Below the pieces are notes generated by a model. It made no database searches and was not told the origin of the DNA. It saw only the letters and a list, made by a program, of their open reading frames with translations. Positions 22,014-30,870 of a DNA stretch of 44,627 nt are shown piece by piece; position 1 is the first letter of the stretch, and every line of letters begins with the position of its first letter. The position numbers were made by a program, and so were the translations under genes. Source of the DNA: Monocercomonoides exilis PA203 (Eukaryota > Protista > Preaxostyla); contig LSRY02000083.1 of assembly GCA_001643675.2 (NCBI GenBank), positions 1 to 44,627 of the forward strand, written 5' to 3'.

Positions 22014-23365
22014 TCAATCGTTGAATGACTTTTCCTTGATTTCTTGCAATTCTAACTTTTTTGAATGCACTTCATATGTGTCATTTTCAGACTTCTCATC
22101 TTTCGTAACGTATTTAGAAACAGCTGTTCTCCACGCTTTTTCTTCAATAATCTTGTTTCTTCCTTGTTTGTTTTTCATCAACTCCAAACACCATATCAAC
22201 TTTCATCCTTTTCCTGAACAATCTCCTCACTCCCTTAGTTGCAAATCTATCACTCACTCCTCCATCCCATTCATCTGCGAATTTGATATTATGGAAAACT
22301 TCAGGATTCAGAAGGGCTTTCTCCACAACTTCACCTCCTTCAGCTTCTGGGTTGCCAACTCTGTTCGCAACAATAGCAGCAGATATAGCGTTCTTCGCAT
22401 ATCTCTGCTGAACTGCTGAATTGGGAACCCATCCCACCACTGCAGCAGTTTACATACAAGTAGAATCTCAGTCATGCGCATTCAAACCAGTTGCAAGAAG
22501 TGCTGAACACTTGAATCCACTTCTTAACGAATGAAAGGAGAATAAATTGCTTGGATACCCAGTGCTCCTAGCCCTCATTCTTAATCTCAATGACATCGAA
22601 TCCCGTCGAATGTTCCATATCCTCCTCTCCTTCTGCACCTCATCCAAAACTCAATTATCTCTTTGATGCAGATCCAAATTGAAGCACCTTTTAAAATGCT
22701 CATTCAACCAAAACAACGGAATAGTATTCGATTTTTCTTCCAATTTCCCTTCCAATGAGATATCATGATTCCATCGATGATTGTCTTTGGTTACTCTGAA
22801 TTTAATTTTCAATACTTTCGTATCTTTCCCTGCTGCATCAACAAGAACTCCAATGTCAGATAACAGAACGTTAGACATCGTGATCGCTCAAGCACCTGTC
22901 ATAACTGCAACAAGCCATAGAGATGCTTCTTTTTTTGTCTGGATGAAGATTGCTCGTATGATCAATTATCCTTTCAACATCCAATAAAAGGCACGGTTCC
23001 TTGCCTGTTCCATTCGGCTTCACTCCTTTATCAACGCGTCCTTCCTTTATAACAAGAGATATCGCATCCCTCACGTCTTCTGACAACCTCTGTCCAGTAA
23101 TTTCCATATTTATACGCTTCAAACTTAATGCGAAAACATTATCCACCGTATCTCGAGTATAAATTCTGCTTCTGTAGTCGAAACGCAAAAATGAAGTGAC
23201 GTTCTTATCGTCCAACGGAATAGCTTCATTTCCTTTAATTTCGCAAAATGCTTCATAAACTTTTAGAACCCATTCATGTCTTTTGAGGGTTGATTCGTAG
23301 GAAATAGCACTTAGCTCATTAAATACATAAAGTTCTTCAGCCGACAAGGATTTGATCTTCCTCAT
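22014..23365 (-). pseudogene. Tyrosine recombinase pseudogene (N-terminal binding module plus catalytic domain plus C-terminal extension)
   Basis: After a +1 frameshift in the T7 run at 22930-22936, one frame reads SLWLVAVMTGA*AIT (catalytic Arg replaced by TGA, 22890-22888), FRVTK (K 22788), FSFHSLRSGF (H 22533, R 22524), VVGW (W 22431) and QQRY (Y 22401). This is the R-K-HxxR-W-Y set. Further stops at 22653, 22470 and 22452, and a frameshift near 22200. Confidence 0.92.
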
Positions 23366-23605
23366 TGTATCTCATTCATTCACAGCACGATTAACTATCG
23401 GTGTGAGTGCTGGACTAGAAATCTTTTCACAACCTTCAGATGTTATTTGTTTCGTTTCTTCATACAAGTTTGACACTCTTGAATAGTCAAACAAACTGTA
23501 TCTTACATGCTTCAATTCCAAAACAAGGAGCTTTAAAGATTCAATTTGAATGAATATTCATTCTCTTCATCATGACCGTCAGATAGCTGCATTGAATCCT
23601 TTTGT

Positions 23606-23989
23606 TTTTCCTTCTCCAGTTTGTCTCAAAGATTCATCTATCCCCATTTCTTGCACAATGGCTTTCATTTCTGAGTTTAAATCTGGATCAAATGGCTTCT
23701 TAAACATCTAATTTTGAATCCTCTTTGGAGAAGGAACTACGATACACTCAATTGAACCCACAAATTACTCACAATCCATTCCTTCGAAACGAAGAAATCC
23801 TCTTATGCACTCGACATTCATTGGAAATGGACGGAAATACAGAGTTTCATCGTAAGTAAAATAAATTCTGATTTCCTGTGTGTGCTTTTTTAAAGTCGAT
23901 GAAGAATAGTGACGAGGTTCCACCATATATTGATGAATTTTTTCGATTTGAATCCCATTTAAACCTCTTTCTAGAAAAGCAGGACGCAT
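23606..23989 (-). pseudogene. Second, upstream copy of the recombinase N-terminal (core-binding/SAM-like) module
   Basis: Gapless 98-codon alignment of 23899-23606 with 23293-23000 (STLK.H, Y, P, FLRF, S.KRI, G.GK; 22 identities counted); stops at 23767 and 23710. Confidence 0.85.
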
Positions 23990-24131
23990 TTTGACTCTGC
24001 TGAGTGATATGTTTTGTTCCTCCAGTTCTTTTGATATGTTGATAAAATTTTATGTCTCATTTTCTTTCTTTTTTTTTTTTAAAAAAAATTCATCTTTTTG
24101 TTTTAAATCTTCAGTTTTTTTCATTTCATTT

Positions 24132-24605
24132 TTAAAAAACAAAGAATTCCTTGAGATAATTGATATTTTTTTTTCTCAGAAAAAATGAACAAGTTTCGTA
24201 ATATTTGCGTGTGATGCGTGATAAAACAAAAATCTTTTGGCATGTGATTTCCGAATCCACATCATCATCATCCAAATATTTTCGACTATTCATTTTTTTA
24301 TCTTCTTCTTTTTCTTCTTCACTTTCATCTTCCACTTTTCTTCGTTTGAGTCCGCATTCTTAAATGAATCCTTTTCTCTCTTCCTTCTTTGTGCTTTCAT
24401 TTTCGCTTTCTTCTTCGCTGCTCGTTCCTTCTTCCATTTCTGAGACAAAGACTGAATGGTCATTGTCAACACGTTTAACTTTTGTCGACAATTCTCCTAG
24501 CCACGCTTCCTTTACTATTTTATTGGTATCCTGAATCGTGGCATGAGGGATCATGTCATATTCGCCATCTGCATCGTCATATATAATTTCATACGATTCT
24601 TTCAC
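24132..24605 (-). pseudogene. Decayed acidic/basic coding segment, probably the N-terminal part of the recombinase gene
   Basis: ORFs 24360-24605 and 24132-24335 are in the same frame, separated by one stop, on the same strand and directly upstream of the duplicated module. Confidence 0.45.
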
Positions 24606-24906
24606 TTTATGTAAATGAAAACAAAAAGGAAAAGAAGATTAATTATTTATAAAGATAAAAAAAAAAGTTTTCATTTTTCATCTTCATAGCTATTCATAAC
24701 TGACCTTATTAACATTTCTTACTCGTCAGTTTGGTTAGATATGCAATCTTCTTCTTCCTGCATATATTTATTTATTTATTTTTTTAACAGAATTCCCTCA
24801 TTTCATTTTTAGATCAGTTATTGTTAATTTTTGGAAAAACAGAATTGAAAAATAACAAAGTTAAAAATTGAGTATTCTTTTATTTTGATTTGTCAAAATT
24901 TTTATG

Positions 24907-25116
24907 AAAAGTTCCTTTTGTTTCATTTTCAAATCAAATTAAAATTTTATTTTTCTATCACATTTCTGTTCACACTCACGAAACTTAACTAAAATGGAAA
25001 TATAAACATTGTTGAAATATTGTTTTCATAACATCGAAATCAAGTGATTGGGAAAAGAAAATTGATTGAAATATGAAATTTTTATTCTATTTGAAAATTA
25101 AACAAAAGGAACTTTT
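24907..25116. repeat. 210-bp fold-back: 73-bp imperfect inverted repeats around a 64-bp spacer
   Basis: 24907-24979 against the reverse complement of 25044-25116 aligns without gaps, 61/73 by hand count; the outer 28 bp have one mismatch. Confidence 0.88.
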
Positions 25117-25117
25117 A

Positions 25118-25156
25118 ATTAATCACATTTTCCATAATATGGAAAATGTGATTAAT
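25118..25156. repeat. 39-bp palindrome (19-bp perfect arms, 1-nt centre)
   Basis: ATTAATCACATTTTCCATA-A-TATGGAAAATGTGATTAAT. Confidence 0.95.
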
Positions 25157-25593
25157 GAAGACAACTATATTGAATCTGATGAAGATTTTGGAGCAGGAGA
25201 TTGGGCAAGCGCTTTTGAATATGAGCCTTAGATATTTTTCTTATTTGAATAATATCATTTTAATATGTTTTTTCATATTTTCTAAGCTTTTTTAAAAACA
25301 ATTCTGTCACGTTTTCAATAAAAATTCAAAAATTTGTTTTCAATCAATAAAATTTTTTTAAAGAAATTACACCACCAAAACATTTCAGCAATTTTAAATA
25401 CTCAAAAAATATATCTATAATATAAATAACATTATAAAATAATTATTCAAATTTGAACGCTCTAAGACATCCGTATTATGCTTGTTTGCGCGCAAATAAG
25501 TGTGTGTTTGTAAATTGAAGAAGAAAAAGAGAGCCCATAACAATATATCTGGAGTATTTGAAGCGGGCTTATCTTGGACAGAGTGCATCAGGG

Positions 25594-28500
25594 ATGCTGC
25601 AGGCAGGGCAGAAGGAGTGCGCAGCGGAACGGCGGGAGGCGGCGTGGGTCGGGGAGAAAGACGAAGCAGTGAGCACGATTCAAGCGCTTGCTGAGCATTC
25701 TCGGCTCACGCTGGTCTGTGTGATTCCGCCATTTTCTTTTGTGGTGCGGGACGCGTCCGGGAAAGCAAACACCGCCACGCTCGGGTGTCTGAACCGGTGC
25801 ACGTGCAGGGTGGGGAGAGGGGAGTTTTGCATTCACCTTTCATTTGTCATCACGCGGCTGTGCCGGGTGCCGTGCTTCAACCCCCTGTCGTGGCAGCGGG
25901 GGTTCACAGGGGGCGAGCTGGCAGCGGTGGTGGACGGGTATTTGGCGCAGAAGATGCAGCCGGTAGGCAGTTTGGGGCGAGGAGAAAAGGAGGAATTGGG
26001 AGAGGTGCAGCAGCAGGCGCTGAGCGAAACGACTGTGTGCATCCTGTGCCAGCAGCGGCTTGAGCGGAGGCAGCGGCTGAGCTTCTGCCGGTATGGGTGC
26101 GGGCTGAGTGTCCATTGGGGGTGCATTTTGTTGTGGCAGTGCTTCCACAAAGGGGCAGGGCTTGCTGTGTGCTGCCCGTACTGCGGGGCAGCGTGGGATC
26201 CGTATGAGAAGAAGGCAGCGCGGGGTGGGCCGTCGCCGTTTGTGCATGGAAACACGAGGTGCAGTGTGTGCGGGATGGCGCCGATCAAAGGGCCGGAGCT
26301 GAGGTGCAGTGTGTGCCGGGGTTTGGGATGTGTGTGCCGTGCTTCAAAAGCGGGGCGCACGGGCAGCACACGCTTTTGTGCCGGGACTGGGCAGAGGGCG
26401 AGGCGCGGGTGATTGAGGCAGCGAAAGGGAAGGGGAGAGGGCAGGGCCGGAGCGGGCATTTCCGCTGACAGCAGAGCTGATTTCGAAGGTGTTTGACTAT
26501 GTGCATCCGCCGCCGTCGGACGAGACGCAGGCGCCGTCGTCAGACACGCGAGCTTTGCCAAGCGGGGTGCGGGACGAGTGCATGCTGTGCCGGCAGGCGC
26601 TCTTGGGGAAAGGGGGAGCGGGAGGGGAAAGCAGAGGAAGCGGGAAGGAAGGGGCATCGCTGCGGCAGCTGGCGTGCGGCCATGTGTTCCACTCGGAGTG
26701 CATTGACCGGAGGCTGATGGTGCGGGACGAATGCCCGATGGACCACGAAGCAGCGATCGAATACAGCCATCTTGGAGAGAGCAGCAGCCGAAGCGCAAGT
26801 GATGGTGGGGGGCAGGGAAAGGGAAGGGCGCAGGCGCAGCTGATTGGAGCAAAGGAGGAGGAGGAGGAGAAGAAGAAGGGATGAGCGAGCAGCAACAGGC
26901 AGTGTTTGTGCAGCATCCGCAATCGAGAGGATGGGGCAGCAGCAGTCTGCCTCGGATAATCCCTGGGGGTTCATCAATGTCTCTGGCAGGCACGTCATCA
27001 GCGCTGCAGGAGGCATCTGAAGGCGAGTGGAGCGGCGTGTGGGATGGTGGAAGGGGAGGCACTTTGGTGGACCCAGCACTGCTTTTGGCGGACTCGGTGC
27101 CTTCTTCGCCATCTTCGTCGCCTTCGACGTCGCCTTCTCTTTCATCTTTGTTCTCGCACTCTTTTGAGCTGTTTCCGCCATCGTCTGCACTTGCCCTGCG
27201 CGACCCATTTCTGGCACGGCGGGATGTGTTTGGGCGAGGGGTGAGGCAGGGTGTGTGCGTGAAGCAGGCACCGAAAGGGAAGGTGGCAAAGGGATGGACG
27301 CTGAGCAGGCAGGCGGGAGAAGAGGCTGGAAGGCGCAGGAGCGGAGAGAGAGATGGGAGCAAAGGCCGAAGCAGGAGCCGAAGCAGGAGCCGAAGCAGGA
27401 GCAGGAGCAGAGAAAAGAGGAGGAAAGGAAGGAAGGGGGCAGGTGTTGGATATGAATCAAAAGGGAAAGCAGAGGAAAGGAAGGGAAGCGCAGAAAAGAG
27501 GTGGGGCAATACGCGTGGTGGCACAGGATCGTGTGGAAAGGGGAGATTTGGAGGTGCACAGAACAGAATGGGAGGAGTGGCACGAGAAGAAAAGAAAGGA
27601 TTGGAAGGGGAAATGGAGGAGACAGCAGGGGAAAGGGGAGAGCTGGCAAGAGATGGTGGAAAAGTGGATGAAAGAGAAGAGGGAGGAGGAGATGGAAGAG
27701 GAGAAGGAGGAGGAGGAGGAAGGAGAGAAATGAAAGAGGAAGAGGAGGAGGAAGAAGAGGAAAAAGGAGCAGGGCATGGAGTGGGGAGAGAAAAGAAGGA
27801 TCAGGAGAGGCACTCAGAGAGCAGAAAGGGGGAAGAGAAGAAGAGGAAGAAGAAACAGAAGCAAAAGCAGAAGCAGAAGAAGAGGTTTGAAGAGGTTGGG
27901 ATTGAAAGCAGGGCATTTGGAAAAGCAAAGCAGCAAGGAATTGGGCTTTTGTTGCGAGGCAGGCTGATTGAAGGGCAGGGGAAAGGAGAGGCAGGAGACT
28001 GGAAGGGAGGAGCAGGGAAGTGGAGCAGCAGGAGTCAGGCTCGGGGTCAAAGAGGAGCAGCCATTTCTCCGTTTGGCAATGGGAAAGACGAGCCGAGGAG
28101 CACAGTGCCTGCTGTGCGGTTGCTGAGCACTCCGAGGAGCACAAGACTGGGGTGCTCAGGGTGGAGCCCTGCACCGACAGCGAAACAGGGTGTTGGGGCG
28201 TTGAAGGGCTTGCCGAGCGGTATTGATGGAGTGGGTGGATCAGGGAGAACTGAAAGAGGGGTTGAAAGGAGGGGGTTGAAAGAGCAAAAGGCAGGGACGG
28301 TGGTGGAGGAGAGGGAGCTGGGCAGGGCGAAGACGGACAGGGGAAAGGGGGATGTCAGGAAGCTGAGCAGCATGCAGACAGAAATGTCTCCGGCGATTAT
28401 TCGGGGATTGTTCCACTTTTTGTTGGGAAAGCAGCGAGGGGCGGGATGGGAAGGTGCGAGGGGAGAGGAAAGGGGGAGAGCAGAAGGAAGGGAGAGGAAG

Positions 28501-30518
28501 AAGGGGAGAAGGCTTTGAGGGAGGAGAGGAGAGAGAAAGCCAGCAGAAGAAAGAAAGAAGAAGAGATTGAAGAAGAGAATGAAGAGGAGATTGATGTGAA
28601 TGTGGGAGAAGGAGATGGTTGGGGAGGAGGATGGAGAAAAGACAGGCAGAGCATAATTGTTGAAGCAGGAAAGTGTGAGCACAGAAAGGAGAGGAAAGAG
28701 GAAGGAGCATCGACAGCAGTGACAGCTGCTCCCTTTCCATTGCCGTTTGGAAAGTCGTCTGAGGAAGGATATCAGGAAGAAGCCCAGGCAGGCAAAAGGC
28801 GGGAGCTGGAGGCCTGCTTGGGTGGTTTGGGTGGATGTGGTGAGTCTGGAGGGAAGCGGCCAAAGGTGGAGAGGTGTTTGGGGCAGGATGAGGGAGAGTG
28901 GGGTTTTGAGGGGCAGCACGGCCAGATCCGGCAGGGCAGGACAGTGCAGTTGCATTGCGGCGGAGAGAGTGCATTTGTTGGAGGAAGCATGCAGCAGAGA
29001 CAATGGCTGGGCGGTGCAGAGCAGAAGAGAGGGAAAGAGGCAGAAAGAGCATGGAAGCGGCCGAAATCGCAGGGGGATGCGGGTCTGTGGGAGGAAAGCG
29101 GGAGTGTGGCGATTGATGGGGTGGATGCAGAGCATGGCAAGGAGAGGCCAATGGGTGGGGTGGGAGAACGGTTGGGTGGAGGAGGCCGGCCGCTGCGGTG
29201 GCTTCGTGGCTTGCCCCGAAACAGGTCGGCACTGCCATGGTCGACGCCTTCCAGCTTGGCAGCCTTGAATTCCGCAGGTGCTGCTGTGGGTGAGCGTTCT
29301 TTGGTTTGTGCTCCATTGCATGACGCGCAAGCTGAGGCACCGCCGCATTTATTGCCCGACATCTCATCAGCACAGCATGGGCCTGTTGCTGGCAGGAAGG
29401 ATGGGCGCAGGAGAATGGAAGTGCAAGTGGAGGGAGTCGGAGATGGGAGCTTCTGCTCCGGCACACAGACAGCACAGATGCCTCAGCGAAGAAGGGGAGG
29501 GTTGGGGAGCAGCATGCTGGCAGCATCAACTGGGCCAGGCGCGCCGGCCACAACTCCAGTGGAAGAAGTGGAGGATGGGATGGAGATGTTGTGGAAGGAG
29601 GAAGGAGGAGGGGACTTTTGGAGCGAAAGAAGGAAAAGGAGGGGAAAGAGGAAGGAGAGATTGGAAGAGGAGGAGGAGGAGAGAGAAAGATCTGAGGTAT
29701 TGCCGTTGGGGCACAGAGAATGGAGCAAGGCAGACGATGGAGACTCGGTTGTTGTGGAAGAAAGCGATGGGAGAGAAGGGTGCTTGAGCGAGGGCGCGAG
29801 AGCAGGACTCGGATTGGCCAGGCTGAGTGGGGATGGGGCTGGCGAGTCGGAGAGTGTTCTGCCACTGATGCAGCACACGGTGCAGGGTGTGGATGCTGTG
29901 TTGCACAACGCTGGCGAAGCAATTGGAGCGGAAGCAGGAGCTGGATGTCTGGCCTCGTCTAACAATTCGCCAAAGGGGGAGCATGCTTCGAGCAGCTTTC
30001 AGCAGTCATCATTTGCTTCACTGGTGGAGAAAAGCGGCTCAGCTGCGGATGCAGGTGCATTTGGTGAGCAACATCTGTGCGTGACAGGCTGCGGTGAAGA
30101 GCGCGTTCTGGAAGTGGGAGCATTTGGAGAAGAGAGAGGAGGAGAAAGAGGAGGAGGAGAAGTAGAAGGGCAGAGCAGGGTGAGAGGAATGGGAGATAGA
30201 AAGGCAGCTTGTCCTGTGTCTGCTCTGGGCACAGCTGATCGGCAGAAGCGGGCGAAGCAGACGAAGCAAACCGGATCGCAGACACCTGGAAGAAAGGGGC
30301 CAAGCAGCTTGCACCTGCTTGCAGACGAGGTGTGCCGGGTTCCACCGCTCATTCAGATGCGCCAGCTTCTCCGCACCCCCTCGCACAGTCTTCTCAAAAC
30401 GCTTTCTTCCCCTTCGCTTTCGCCTTCTTCGTCGTCGATACTGCCGCTGGCCAATGCACAGGGTGCTGGAGATCTGAGTGTTGTGGGCAGAATGGTTGGG
30501 TTGGAGCGAAGCAAGTGA
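25594..30518 (+). CDS. ZSWIM2-like: ZSWIM2-like E3 ligase, inverted duplicate (frameshifted as assembled)
   Basis: Mirror of 9694-14622; broken into ORFs 25558-26412, 26259-26468, 26489-26884, 26881-28518 and 28446-30518, mostly by G-run deletions. Confidence 0.85.
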
Positions 30519-30870
30519 GCATTTCGAATGTGTTTTTATTCTGTTTATATTTTTTTATTTTTGCATTTTTGCATTTGTATTTTTGTTGCAGGGCATCTGC
30601 CAAAACAAAAAGTGAAAAAAAAATGAAAAGAAAAGAAAAGAAATATCTGCATTTTTATGTTTTCTTTTCCTAAAATGCCTTCAAATCAAATGGGATTTCT
30701 GCAAATGCTAAAAACAAAAGCAAAGCATGGAAGGCAACTCAAAATTCTAATATGAAGACAGTTCAGAGAAACGCCTGCTGGCGCCACTCGACAAAGCACA
30801 GCACTTTCTCTGCTTGCGCGAAAAACACGACTTCTGAAATTCTCCCTTCTCTCCTCTTCCCTCTTTCAAA

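Larger units (their letters stand above)
21950..25160 (-). mobile_element. Putative decayed tyrosine-recombinase DNA element (Crypton-like); ends not defined
   Basis: YR pseudogene with very AT-rich flanks; no RT/RNaseH, polB or capsid ORF seen nearby. Boundaries are a guess. Confidence 0.5.

Noticed and set aside
22450-23767. RIP- or methylation-type C-to-T hypermutation of the YR
   Set aside because: Only the Arg CGA-to-TGA change is well inferred; two other stops need transversions. A consensus of copies would be required.
22014-23989. Non-standard genetic code (TAA/TAG as Gln, as in the oxymonad Streblomastix) explaining YR stops
   Set aside because: The stops include TGA at the catalytic Arg plus frameshifts, and other genes here end in TAA (18367), TAG (599) and TGA (9341).
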